Source of the DNA: an uncultured Chloroflexia bacterium
GTDB taxonomy: Bacteria; Chloroflexota; Limnocylindria; Limnocylindrales; CSP1-4
Reading direction: 5' to 3'
NCBI GenBank assembly: GCA_963763775.1
Contig: CAVXPZ010000001.1
Span: 864,001-928,000 of the forward strand
Length of the DNA stretch: 64,000 bases
In this document: one piece after another, positions 29,600-41,624 of the stretch
Position numbering within the stretch: the stretch's first letter is position 1
Layout: every line of letters begins with the position of its first letter
Program-made: the position numbers and the translations under genes
Notes under the pieces: model-generated
Told to the model about the DNA's origin: nothing
What the model saw: the letters and a program-made list of their open reading frames with translations, nothing else
The model's database searches: none

Positions 29600-31645
29600 G
29601 TGAAGCCGCCCGGCGACTACCAGTCGACCCCGATCTCGGACGACGCCCGACGGACGCCCGTCCAGGAGGCGGCCGCCGACGCGGTCGCCCCGGCCCAGCC
29701 GACCCCGGCGGTGGCGGCGGGCGCGGCTCCGGACGGCGAGCCGCCGCCGATCGCGGCCCGGACCGGCGTGGTGTTCGTGCACGGGATCGGGACGCAGGGC
29801 CCCGCCGAGACCTTCCTCGACTGGTCCGCGCCGATCGTCGAGCTGCTGACCGACTGGCGGACCGCGCGCGACGCGACGTCCGGCGCGCCACCGGCCGCCG
29901 GACTGTCCGACCCGGTGCGACGGGCCGAATTCAGCTTCAACGCAGCGTCACAGCCCTATCTGGAGCTCTCGATCCCGGCGGATGGGGACATCGCCGCATC
30001 GACGTGGGTCGTCACGGAGGCGTGGTGGGCCTCCGACATCCGCCCGCCCGACATCGGGCGGGTCATCGACTACCTGCGCCGACGCATGAACACGCTGGTG
30101 ACCGGGATCGTGACCGGGTACCGCGAGCGGGCGCCACGCCTCCTCGGGATGGCGAATGACGCCGCCCTGGTCGACGCCGCGCAGCTCCCTCGGTCGTGGC
30201 GGCTCATCGAGCGACTCGACCAGGCGCAGGCCATGGCCTTCGGCGCGCGCCCGATCGGCTGGGCGATCGCCGGCGCCGGCACGGCCGCGCTGATCGGGTA
30301 CGACCTGCTCCGGCGGATCCCGATCGGCGCCCTCCAGGACTTCGCCGTCCGCAAGATGGTCGACAACTTCCTCGTGGACTGGTTCGGCGACCTGCCCGTC
30401 CTCATCGACGATCCGGTCCAGAGCGCGAACGTCCGCGCCCGCCTCGCCGGCGCCATCCGGCGGCTTCGCGACGACGGGTGCGATGCCATCGTCCTCGTCG
30501 CCCACTCCGGTGGGGCCCTCGTCAGCTTCGAGACGCTGCTGGACCCCGCCTACGCGGACCTGCGGGTCGACAAGCTCGTGACCCTTGGCCAGGGCCTGGG
30601 GCTCGCGTGGCGGCTCGCCGCGGACCCCGAGGTCCACGAGATCCCGCCCGGGAGCCGGCTCGTCGGCGACCTGGCCGCGGTCCGGCCGGACCTGCGCTGG
30701 GTGGATGTGTGGGCTTCCTACGACCCGGCCCCGGCCGGTCCGCTCCCGACGCGGAGCGGCCTGTTCGAGTCGGCGGATGAGTCCGCCGCGATCGTGGACA
30801 CCGGGCAGCCCGGCGAGGAACCGTGGCTCATCCGCAAAGAGGCGCGGACTTCGGACGACACGGTCGCCGCCTTCGTCGAGGCGTCCGCGCTCGATCCGGG
30901 CGCGAAGCGGATCATCGTCGAGAGCCGACCGGTCACGAACGAGATGAACGTCCTCACCGACCATGGCGGGTACTGGGCGAACCCCGAGGGGTTCCTCGTC
31001 CCGCTCGTCCGGCACATCGACGCCGCGCGAGGCGACGCCGTGGCGTCGCGGTTCTACCGGGACCCGGCGCTCCGGACGCGGCGCATCGTCTGGCGACGGC
31101 AACGGGTCGCCGCCCTCGCGGCCTGGGGCTGGCTGTGCTCGCTGGCGGCGGCGGCCACCGTCGCGGCCCTGGTGATCCTCGGCATCCTCGGCGAGCCGCG
31201 GCTCGCGAACGCCGGCAACGCCCTGGCCGCGGCGTGGTCGCTCATCCCGGGCCACCAGATCATCTCCGGCCCGATCGACGGCATCGGCGCGCTCGTCCAG
31301 GGCCTCGCCGACGCCGTCGGCCTCGGCGACCAGGTCGCCTGGCTCGCATCGTTCGGCCCCTCGCTCGTCGCGGTCGCCTTCACCGTCGTGCTGTTCTACG
31401 TGCTGGCCAAGATCGGCACCGGCCGATGGCACGACTGGGACGTCCGCGAGCGACGCGCGATGCTTCCCGAGGTCCCGACGCTCCCCGACCGGTCCAAGGC
31501 CGCGGCACAGTCGATCGCGCTCGTCGGCGGACTCGCCGGGCTGGTCCTTGGCACGTTCGGCCTCGGGATCCCGATGGTGCTGGCGATCGCCGTCGCGGCC
31601 GTGGCCGGGACCCTGGTCTGGGCCGCACACCCGTTCCACGGCTGA
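29600..31645 (+). CDS. Membrane-anchored alpha/beta hydrolase-like protein
   Basis: VVFVHGIGTQ, LVAHSGG, LVTLG, DHGGYW; C-terminal TM helices. Confidence 0.75.
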   Translation: MKPPGDYQSTPISDDARRTPVQEAAADAVAPAQPTPAVAAGAAPDGEPPPIAARTGVVFVHGIGTQGPAETFLDWSAPIVELLTDWRTARDATSGAPPAAGLSDPVRRAEFSFNAASQPYLELSIPADGDIAASTWVVTEAWWASDIRPPDIGRVIDYLRRRMNTLVTGIVTGYRERAPRLLGMANDAALVDAAQLPRSWRLIERLDQAQAMAFGARPIGWAIAGAGTAALIGYDLLRRIPIGALQDFAVRKMVDNFLVDWFGDLPVLIDDPVQSANVRARLAGAIRRLRDDGCDAIVLVAHSGGALVSFETLLDPAYADLRVDKLVTLGQGLGLAWRLAADPEVHEIPPGSRLVGDLAAVRPDLRWVDVWASYDPAPAGPLPTRSGLFESADESAAIVDTGQPGEEPWLIRKEARTSDDTVAAFVEASALDPGAKRIIVESRPVTNEMNVLTDHGGYWANPEGFLVPLVRHIDAARGDAVASRFYRDPALRTRRIVWRRQRVAALAAWGWLCSLAAAATVAALVILGILGEPRLANAGNALAAAWSLIPGHQIISGPIDGIGALVQGLADAVGLGDQVAWLASFGPSLVAVAFTVVLFYVLAKIGTGRWHDWDVRERRAMLPEVPTLPDRSKAAAQSIALVGGLAGLVLGTFGLGIPMVLAIAVAAVAGTLVWAAHPFHG

Positions 31646-31660
31646 GCCGGGCGGCCGCCC

Positions 31661-33355
<1,695 letters not shown>

Positions 33356-33419
33356 GGCCGCGACTCTAGCACCCGGTCGGGCGCGATGGCGGGAGGTGCG
33401 CTGGGGCCGCGCCGGCCGC

Positions 33420-34016
33420 TCAGTCAGCCCCGAAGGCGTCGATCCCCTCGGTGATCCGCGGCTCGGGCATGTCGTGCGTGATGACGACGTTGACCCGGTC
33501 CGCCGTCGCCGACGGCCAGACGACCACGGTCTGCTCGCGATCGCCGGTCTTCGTGTCGAGGCGCCGGCCCTGCCGCCCGGCGATCGTGGGCGACGACTGG
33601 CCGACGATCTGCGTCCGCCCGTTCGCGCTGGCACTGTTGGCATAGAAGTCGGCAAGGAGGTCGGCCGTCAGGCCGGGCGCGGTGAAGACCGCCAGCACGA
33701 CGGCCGGGTCACCGAACGTCCAGGTGCCACCGGCGAAGTCGACTTCCGTGATCCCGGCCGCGGCCAGCGACCCGAGATTCTCCGGCGAGCAGTTCCGGCC
33801 GGAGTCGAGCCGCTCGGGCGCGGCGTCGTGGTACTTGGTCGGGATCAGCGCCTCGAGAGCCGGGTAGGCGCCAGGCGCCGAACCGTCGCCCTTGCACGGG
33901 CCGGTCGGGTCGAACGACGCGGCGGCGCCGCCCGCGCACGCGGCCAGGAGCCCGGACAGGACGAGCGCGAACGCCAGCAGCGGCGCGGCCGCACGCCGGG
34001 CGGATCGTGGGGTCAT
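33420..34016 (-). CDS. Hypothetical lipoprotein
   Basis: Signal peptide with LLAAC lipobox; two further Cys. Confidence 0.8.
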   Translation of the reverse strand: MTPRSARRAAAPLLAFALVLSGLLAACAGGAAASFDPTGPCKGDGSAPGAYPALEALIPTKYHDAAPERLDSGRNCSPENLGSLAAAGITEVDFAGGTWTFGDPAVVLAVFTAPGLTADLLADFYANSASANGRTQIVGQSSPTIAGRQGRRLDTKTGDREQTVVVWPSATADRVNVVITHDMPEPRITEGIDAFGAD

Positions 34017-34152
34017 GTCGCACAGGGTAGCCAAGGTGGCGCGGTCGTGCGTGGACCGGGTCGGTGCGTCCGGGCACCTGGTACCACCGTCCGGGTCCGG
34101 TGCGCGCGTGCGCCCGACCGAAGGGCCCAGCGACTTCGGGACGAGGGTCACA

Positions 34153-34181
34153 TTGCCCGGCGGGCGGCCCGTCCCTAGTGT
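34153..34181 (+). promoter_or_regulatory. Sigma70 promoter with no credible downstream CDS
   Basis: TTGCCC-N17-TAGTGT; predicted +1 at A34189. Confidence 0.6.
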
Positions 34182-34188
34182 TCTGCCT

Positions 34189-34412
34189 ACGCCGACCCGC
34201 GATCGGATCAGGAGTCACCTGGGGCGTCGGTCACGGGGCAGGGAACGGACGTCGACACGGGGATGGTCCGAGTCGATGATCCCGGACCCAGCTCACGAGC
34301 CGAATAACTGGTGCTTCGGCCAACAGGCCTGATGGACCGTCGGGACGGCAGCGCTCATCCGCTTCATCGATCTTCGCGACATGGACGCCCTCCGGTATCG
34401 GGGGGCGTCTTC
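34189..34412 (+). ncRNA. Candidate structured non-coding RNA (~220 nt)
   Basis: Promoter upstream, terminator downstream, nested long-range pairings (34198-34214/34362-34378; 34220-27/34351-57; 34262-69/34334-41; 34299-304/34315-20). Confidence 0.5.
34383..34412 (+). terminator. Intrinsic terminator-like hairpin
   Basis: GGACGCCCTCCG-GTAT-CGGGGGGCGTCT 12-bp stem; weak T tail. Confidence 0.65.
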
Positions 34413-34449
34413 GCGTCCGGCGACGATCCGGGATCGCGGCGGCGGGGCC

Positions 34450-34571
34450 GCCGGCCCGCGGTACGGGCGCCGGGTCGCCGGCCGCGGTACGGGCGCCGGG
34501 TCGCCGGCCCGCGGTACGGGCGCCGGGTCGCCGGCCCGCGGTACGGGCGCCGGGTCGCCGGCCCGCGGTAC
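34450..34571. repeat. 27-bp tandem repeat (4 full units + 1 partial)
   Basis: Unit GCCGGCCCGCGGTACGGGCGCCGGGTC at 34450, 34477 (26 bp), 34503, 34530; partial at 34557. Confidence 0.95.
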
Positions 34572-34690
34572 TGCCAGTACCGCCCGGCGCATGAACGCCT
34601 CGTGGATGGACACCAGGACGACATCCGAGCGTCGATCCATCGCCTTGTCCACGCTCGGCTGTGGCCAGATCGCCACTGGCAGTACCAGTG
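34565..34690. repeat. Palindromic REP/MITE-like element
   Basis: GCGGTACTG-C-CAGTACCGC palindrome; 12-bp inverted repeats GGTACTGCCAGT (34567-78)/ACTGGCAGTACC (34675-86); internal CCGAGCGT/ACGCTCGG. Confidence 0.55.
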
Positions 34691-34743
34691 GGGCGGCGCA
34701 CGCCTGTGTCGGGCGACCGCGCCGCAATCGCGGCGCAGGGCCC

Positions 34744-35478
34744 TCAGGCCGAGCGGCCGGGCCGGACCTGGACCGGGCGGGCGCGGCGGAGGATCCCTCG
34801 TCGGTCGAGATCGGCCTGCACGACGCGTGCGGCCGCCACGAGGTCCGGGTCGCGGGTGACGGTCCCGGCGAGCCAGTCCACGTACGACGGCTCGAACGAG
34901 GCGATCTGTCCGAGCGTATGGCCGTGGAACTTGCCGAACTCGATCACGTGCGCCGACGCCTGGTCGAACGACGGCGGCGCCGGGCGTCGGAAGTGCCGCA
35001 GCCGGCCACGGACCGGAGCGCCGGTCGGCGTCGAGGCTCGCGGCGGCTCGCGATCCACGGTCTCGCCCCGGTACGGAGGCTGGCCGGGCAGGATCGGGGC
35101 ACGTCGGACGCGCCCGCCGGCGACCTCGTTGCGAGGCTGGTACGTCGAGCTCGTGTCCACGCGACCGGTGACCGGCCGGGTCGGTTTGGGTCTGGGCGGG
35201 CCGCCGCGTCGCTGGCTCGGCTCCCCGGTGTAGGCCGACCCCTCGCCGGCCGACTCGCCCGATGCCCGACCCCGCCCCTCGCCGTCGACGCGGGTCAGCG
35301 CGGCGTAGGCGTCGTTGATCTCGGCCATCTGGCGGGTCGCGACGCGCGATGCCGCCGGGTCGTCGCCGGTCAGGTCCGGGTGGTGCGACCGCGCCAGACG
35401 GCGCCATGCCGCCTTGATCTCGGTCGGGGTCGCCCCCGGCGGGACACCCAGGACGACGTGCGGGTCGCGTTTGGCCAC
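34744..35478 (-). CDS. J-domain protein with small C-terminal FGK...Y..W domain
   Basis: DPHVVLGV...IKAAWRRLARSHHPD...EINDAY; C-terminal IEFGKFHGHTLGQIASFEPSYVDWL. Confidence 0.88.
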   Translation of the reverse strand: MAKRDPHVVLGVPPGATPTEIKAAWRRLARSHHPDLTGDDPAASRVATRQMAEINDAYAALTRVDGEGRGRASGESAGEGSAYTGEPSQRRGGPPRPKPTRPVTGRVDTSSTYQPRNEVAGGRVRRAPILPGQPPYRGETVDREPPRASTPTGAPVRGRLRHFRRPAPPSFDQASAHVIEFGKFHGHTLGQIASFEPSYVDWLAGTVTRDPDLVAAARVVQADLDRRGILRRARPVQVRPGRSA

Positions 35479-35541
35479 GGTCGAAGTGTACTGTCGGCGG
35501 CACGCTTGACAGGTCGGCCGGTGCTGGCGTCCCCTTGTCGC

Positions 35542-36691
35542 ATGGGGAAGATCCGTCGCGCCGGGGTGCTCGCGGCGGCCGCGGCTGCCACCAGCGGGCT
35601 GGCCTACCGCTTCGCGCTCGCCTACCGCGTCCGCGCCGGCTACCCGCGGCGAAGCCCGCCGAGGATCACGCCGGACGCCCTCGGCCTGCCGTACGAGTCC
35701 ACGACCGTCCACTCGGACGACCTCGCGCTTCCCGGCCTGGTTCATCCCCGCCCGCGGCGGCGCGCCGGGACCCGGGATCGTCCTGGTCCACGGGTGGGAG
35801 TCCGGTCGGGACCGGACGCTGCCGATGGCCGTCTTCCTGCACGCCGCGGGCTTCCACTGCCTCACGTTCGACGTCCGCGGGCACGGCACCAACCCGCCGG
35901 AGACCGACCCGATCAGCGCCGGGGAGTTCGGCACGGACGCGCTCGCGGCGTTCCGGTCGCTGCTGGCCCGCCCGGAGGTCACGGTCGGCGGCATCAGCGG
36001 CCACTCGATGGGCGGCATCGGGGCCATCCTCGCGGCCGCGGCCGACCCCCGGGTCGGCGTCCTCATCGCCTCGTCATCGCCCGCCGACCCATACCGGCTG
36101 ACCCGCCAGACCTTCCGCCTGGCCCGGCTGCCGATCCCGGATCCCATCGCCTACCCCCTGGCGTGGCTGACGACCCGCGTGTACGTCCGGCCGCGCGGCC
36201 ATGTCGTCCGCGACATCGACGCGTCGCAGGCGATCGCCCGGTACGCCGGCCCGATCCTCCTCGCCCACGGGGCCGAGGACACCGTCGTGCCACCCAGCCA
36301 TCTGGACCGCCTCGCGGCGGCGGCCCGAGCCGGCCGAGGACCCGGGGATCCGCCGGTCGAAACGCTGCTCGTGCCGGAAGGCCAGCACTCCTGGCTGTAC
36401 GAGATCGCCGACTATCGCCGCGCCGTCGCGCACGCGGCCGCCTCGGCCCTGGGCGGGCCGCTCTCGCCCGAAGCCGCCGGGGACATCGCGGCCGCGACCG
36501 CCGCCGAGCGGATCCCCGACGGCGAGGTCCGGTTCGCGGCGGCCGAGGACGTGCACAGCGGTGCCCGGACGCTGCTCAAGGTGGTGCTGCCGGGAGCGAC
36601 GCGCCCGATCCGGCTCGATGGCGAACCGGCCGGCGAGGGTGCCGCCCCCGACGACGTCGACGTCGTCTCGGCCGGGACGATCGACGCGTGA
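35542..36691 (+). CDS. Alpha/beta hydrolase (frameshift ~35730)
   Basis: LVHGWES, FDVRGHG, GHSMGG, HGAEDTVVP, GQHS. Confidence 0.88.
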
Positions 36692-37221
36692 CGGCGGCGG
36701 AGCCCGTGTGGGACGCCATCCGAACGCGTCGGGCCATCCGCCGGTTCGCGGATCGTCCGATGGAAGCCGCCCACCTCGACCGCATCCTGCACGCCGGCCG
36801 GCGCAGCGGGAGCTCCAAGAACCTCCAGCGGTGGGCCTTCATCGTGTGCCGGGACCGCGAGCACCTCCGCGAGCTGTCGGTGGTCGGCCCGTGGGCCGCG
36901 CATCTCGCCGGCGCCGCCGTCGGGATCGCCCTCGTGACCCCGGATCCGGCCGCCGCCGACGCCCCGCTGTCGGTGATGTTCGACCTCGGGCAGGCCGCGC
37001 AGAACATGATGCTCGCGGCCTGGGAGCTCGGGATCGGCAGCGTGCCGGCCACCGTGTACGACCAGGATCTCGCCCGGCGGCTCCTCGGCCATCCCGACGA
37101 CCAGCACGTCGAGTACCTGCTGTCGTTCGGCTACCCGGCGGATCCCGCCGACCTCACCCGTCCGCCGAAGTCGGGCGGTCGGGAGCCCCTGGCCGCGCTC
37201 GTCCACGAGGAGCGCTGGTAG
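36688..37221 (+). CDS. Nitroreductase family protein
   Basis: AIRTRRAIRRF, SSKNLQRWAFIV, DLGQAAQNMMLAAWELGIGS, FGYP. Confidence 0.93.
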   Translation: MTAAEPVWDAIRTRRAIRRFADRPMEAAHLDRILHAGRRSGSSKNLQRWAFIVCRDREHLRELSVVGPWAAHLAGAAVGIALVTPDPAAADAPLSVMFDLGQAAQNMMLAAWELGIGSVPATVYDQDLARRLLGHPDDQHVEYLLSFGYPADPADLTRPPKSGGREPLAALVHEERW

Positions 37222-37267
37222 CCTCACCCGGGCGGACGACCACCCGGTCGCGACGTTCGACCGGTCC

Positions 37268-38362
37268 CTACTGCCAGCTGAACTTCCGCGACGCGATCGC
37301 GAAGCACACGACCAGCCAGACGGCGAGGACCCCGGCACACACCGTCAGCGGCGCGAAGGCCGAGCCGCCGACCATCACCTGGCGCAGGGCGTCGGCGAGG
37401 TACGTGAGCGGGATCAGGCGCGCGATCGACTGCAGGAACGGCGGCATCGCGGCGATCGGGAAGAACACGCCCGACAGGAACATCATCGGGAACTGGACGA
37501 CCTGGGTCACGCCGTTCGCCGCGTCCTCGGTCTTGGTGAACGAGGCGAGCACGTAGCCGAGGGACAGGAACGTGACGGCCCCGAGCACGATGAAGGCCGC
37601 GGCGAGGAGCAGCGAGCCCGTGATCTCGACGCCGAACACCGCCACGCCGACGCCGACGATGATCACCGACTGCACGAGCGCGATGAGCAGGCGCATCAGC
37701 GTGTTCGACCCGACGAGCTGCGAACGGCGGAGCGGGGTCGCCGCCAGGCGCTTCAGGATCCCCTTCTCGCGGTCCGCCACGAGCGGCACGGCCGCGAAGA
37801 TCCCGAGCTGCATGATCGACATCCCGAGGATGCTCGGGACGAAGTAGCTGATGAACGAGAGATTCGCGGTCTGGATCGTCTCGGCCTTCGGCAGCACGAG
37901 CGGCGCCCGACCGCCCAGGTTCACGACGCCGAGGATGCTCCCGACCGCCTGGTCCACCGAGGCGATGAGCGCCGACCGGGAGGGGTCGACGACGAGCGTG
38001 ACGGTGGCCGGGGCACCCGAGCCGGTCGAGGCCGCCGTGAGTGCCGCGCCATACCCGGCCGGGACCACGACGATGGCGTCGACGTCGCCGGTCTTCATCG
38101 AGGTCTCGGCCGAGGCACGCGCGCCGCCGTCAGTGAGCTTGACGCCGTCGGCGGCCGCGAAGGCCGCGTGCAGTTGCCCGGACGCCGCCGAGCCGTCCTC
38201 GTCGACCCAGGCGAGGGTCACCGCGGAGGTGCCGCCGCCCTGGAAGATGAACCCGAACATGAAGATGAAGATCAACGGGAACGCCAGCGTCCAGAAGACC
38301 GCCGCCCGGTCGCGGACGTAGCTCCGGATGTTCGCGACGGTGAGCCGGGAGAGGGCGTTCAT
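37268..38362 (-). CDS. ABC-2 transporter permease
   Basis: FWTLAFP, DREKGILKRLAATP, FLSGVFFP, PLTYLADALR. Confidence 0.94.
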   Translation of the reverse strand: MNALSRLTVANIRSYVRDRAAVFWTLAFPLIFIFMFGFIFQGGGTSAVTLAWVDEDGSAASGQLHAAFAAADGVKLTDGGARASAETSMKTGDVDAIVVVPAGYGAALTAASTGSGAPATVTLVVDPSRSALIASVDQAVGSILGVVNLGGRAPLVLPKAETIQTANLSFISYFVPSILGMSIMQLGIFAAVPLVADREKGILKRLAATPLRRSQLVGSNTLMRLLIALVQSVIIVGVGVAVFGVEITGSLLLAAAFIVLGAVTFLSLGYVLASFTKTEDAANGVTQVVQFPMMFLSGVFFPIAAMPPFLQSIARLIPLTYLADALRQVMVGGSAFAPLTVCAGVLAVWLVVCFAIASRKFSWQ

Positions 38363-38377
38363 CGTGCGGCGCTCCCG

Positions 38378-39338
38378 TCAGTCACGCAGCGCCCGGCCGG
38401 TCAGGTCGAGGAAGACATCCTCGAGCGTGGGGCGCCGGACCAGGAGGTCCTGGAGCTCGACGCTCCGCGTGTCCGCCAGGACGAGCAGCGCGCCGATGGT
38501 CGCCCCGACGTCGCTCGAGTACAGGAGGATCTCGTCAGGATCGCGCTTGACCGAGACCACCGCGGGCAGCGCGCCCAGGTCGGTGTCCGTGAGCGCGTCC
38601 ACCGCGTCGAACCGCACGGCGCGCTCGTGGAACCGCTTCGAGATGAGCCCGTCGACGGTGTCCATCTCGAGGATGTGCCCGTGGTCCATGATCGCCAGGC
38701 GGTCGCACAGGACCTCCGCCTCCTCCATGTAGTGCGTGGTGAGGAGGACCGTCTTCCCCTGCGTCCTCAGCCCGCCGACCAGGTCCCAGAGCGCCCGCCG
38801 GGCGGCCGGGTCGAGGCCGGTCGTGGGTTCGTCGAGGAAGACCAGCTCCGGGTCGTTGACCAGGGCGAGCGCGATGGAGAGCCGTTGGCGTTGCCCGCCC
38901 GATAGCTCCTGCGTCCGGGCCTTCCGCGCGCTCGCCCAGCTCGAGCAGGTCGATGAGCTCGTTCGTCGGGCGAGCCTTCGGATAGAAGCTGCCGAACAGG
39001 TCGATGAGCTCGGTGACCGTCAGCTTGGGGTAGAGCGCGGCGGTCTGGAGGCTCACGCCGATCCGGGGCTTCAGCCGATCCGCCCCGGTCGCGACGTCGA
39101 CCCCGAGCACCGTCGCCCGCCCGGCGTCGGGTGCCCGCAGGCCCTCGAGGATCTCGACCGTGGTGGTCTTGCCAGCGCCGTTCGGCCCGAGCAGCCCGAA
39201 GACCTCCCCGGCGCCGACCTCGAAGTCGATGCCGTCGACGGCGACCAGGTCGCCGTAGCGCTTCACGAGGCCGCGAACCTCGATCACGGGCTGGGCCGCC
39301 GAGGGGACGACAGGCGTCGAGGCGATGTCGGACTGCAC
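38378..39338 (-). CDS. ABC transporter ATP-binding protein (frameshift ~38925)
   Basis: GPNGAGKTT in one frame; LSGGQRQRL, FLDEPTTGLDP, HYMEEAE, TLEDVFL in another. Confidence 0.92.
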
Positions 39339-39428
39339 GCGTCGATGGTGCCAGAAACATCCGCCCGGCACGTCCTCCCGAAGAGAGATCGTCCCCCAGC
39401 CCCGCAGCATCGACACGGAGGTATCGCG

Positions 39429-40170
39429 ATGCGACGACGTTCTCGACTGGCCATGACCGGGCTCCTCGCCCTGTTGGTGATGGCCATCGCCCTGCCGGCC
39501 GCCACATCGGCAGCGGCCCCGACCGGCACGATCCGCGCCTTCCACGACAGCCCGGACACGCCGGCGGTCGACATCTGGGTCAACGGCGCCCCGGCACTGA
39601 CCGCCGTCACGTACGGCACGGTCAGCAAGTACCTGCGCGTCCCTCGCGGCGACTACCTCGTCGAGGTCAAGGTCGCCCCGTCCACCGCCGGCGACCCGGC
39701 GGCGCTCTCGGCCACGGTCCGCGTCGGCGTCAAGCCGGTCACCGTCGCCGCCATCGGCTCGCTCGCCGGCGACGGCGCCCCGCTCCAGCTCAAGGTCCTC
39801 CGCGACCGCAAGGGCATCGATGGGAACTGGTCCCTGGTCCGCGTGGCACACACGAGCCCGGACGCTCCGGCGGTGGACGTCCAGGTGCGCTTCGGCCATC
39901 GCTGGATCCCGGTGGTCCAGGACCTCGCCTTCGGTGAGACCTCGCCGTACCTGCCGCTCCCGGCACGGAACCCGTTCACGCACCAGGCGATCAAGTGGGA
40001 CATCCGGATCGTCGCGGCCGGGACGGACACTGTCGTCCTCAAGCTGAACGACGTCAAGCTGCCGAAGGGCCGTGCGCTCACGGTCTGGGCCGTCGGCTTC
40101 CTCAGCCCGGTCGGGTCCAGCGCCCGGCTTCGGGGTGAAGGTCACCCCGGACGGACGCAACGCCTTCTAG
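39429..40170 (+). CDS. Secreted DUF4397-domain protein (probable frameshift ~40120)
   Basis: Signal peptide; two H(D/T)SPD.PAVD repeats. Confidence 0.85.
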
Positions 40171-40186
40171 GCTCCCTCCCCTCGGC

Positions 40187-41620
40187 TCACCCGGGCCCGG
40201 CCGATCCCATCGGTCGGGCCCGTTCCATGTCCGCGGGCTTCGTGGCCTTCAGGCCCGCACGGTCGTCCTCGTCGTCGTCCACGCCGTCGGCGGCATCCGC
40301 CTCGGCCTCGGCATCGGCATCGGGGACGTCGAGGCCGCCGGACCAGTCGATGTCGAGGATCGTCCCCGACTCGGCCGCGGTCCGGTCGTCCTCGGGCGCC
40401 GGAGCCCCGAGGCCAAGGTAGGCGTCAAGCGCCGCCTCGAGGCCGACGTCCTTGCCGACCATCTCGGAGAGGATCCACTTCTCCTCGAGCACGTCGCAGT
40501 ACGCCTGGACCAGGTCGCGCCCCTCGCCGACGGCCGGCGCCAGGACCGCAAGCGTGGGCTCGAACACCTCCCTGAGCCAGCGTTCGGCGGCCTCCCCCTC
40601 CTCGACGGGTCGCTTGTCGTAGAACTCGAGCCACGCGCGGTACTCGCGGATGTCGTTCAGCAACAGGCGCGCTTGCCCTTCGAGCGCGACGAGGCCCGTC
40701 AGGCGTTCGAGACGGCGGCCGTGGAAGCGGCGGTTCGCCACGGCCACGTCGAGCCGGACGCCACCGGCGCCCTGGCCGATCCCCCGCGACGGCTCCAGCC
40801 GGATCTCGTCCACGGCGAACCCGAGGTCGTTCAGCCGACGGATCCGGGCCCGGATGGCGTGGCGGTCGTAGTCCGCGAACTCCGGCTCGTGGTGGAGCTC
40901 CGCCCACACCGAGGTGTAGGTCGTCCGGACCATCTCCGCGGCCGCGACGGCATCGTCGAAGTCCTCGAGCCGACCCTGCAGCGCGGCGACGTCGGCGAGG
41001 CCGTAGGCGACGTTCTCGACGAGGATGTCGAGGTCGTACGCGCGCTGGCCGTCGCTCAGGGTCGGGTGGATCTCGCTGGTCTCGGCGTCGACCAGGAACG
41101 CCTGGATCTTGTCGCCGTCGCGCCGGAACAGCGTGTTCGCGAGCGAGCAATCACCCCAGAAGACGCCCGGCTCGGTGCAGGTCCACGAGCAGCCAGGCCA
41201 TGGCGTCGAGCAGCCGCTCCCGGTACGGACCGGGGCCGAGCGGGAACCGCATCAGGAGGCGGCGGTACTGGATCGAGAACGCGAGGTACTCGGTCATGAG
41301 GATGGCGGCATCGCGGTCCGGGCTCGCTGCCAGCGCCACCGCCGTCACCGCGGGAAGGTCCGCTTCCTCCAGGTGCCGCAGCACCTCGAACTCCGCCTGG
41401 GCGACGCGGCGCGGCTCCTCCTTCAACGCGTAGGTCCGCCCCTCGTGGACGAGGAACCGCACGAGGTGCCGCGACGGCCCGACCGCGAGCTCGCGGAACT
41501 GCAGGTCGTCCGTCGACCAGTCGGCGAGCGGCCGCTCCCATGGCAGGTCGAGCAGCGCTCCGGCGCTGTCCCGGAGTCGGAGCCGGGGGAACCCGCCCGC
41601 GATGTCGGCGGCGTCCAGCG
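40187..41620 (-). CDS. DUF4032 / LPS-kinase-like protein (frameshift ~41165; start approximate)
   Basis: LLDLPWERPL..W, SRHLVRF, LLVDLH, FWGDCSLANTLFRRD, LVDAETSEIH, YCDVLEEKWILSE. Confidence 0.85.
40192..40222. terminator. Hairpin between convergent genes
   Basis: CGGGCCCGGCCGAT-CCC-ATCGGTCGGGCCCG. Confidence 0.6.
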
Positions 41621-41624
41621 TGGA

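Noticed and set aside
34450-34571. Possible CRISPR array
   Set aside because: Units are head-to-tail with no unique spacers and there are no cas genes in the window
34381-37221. Very long alternative-frame ORFs (e.g. 946 aa here, 1072 aa at 43812, 904 aa at 54155)
   Set aside because: Arg/Pro/Gly-rich shadow frames typical of very high GC DNA; they overlap well-supported genes, or only parts of them are real
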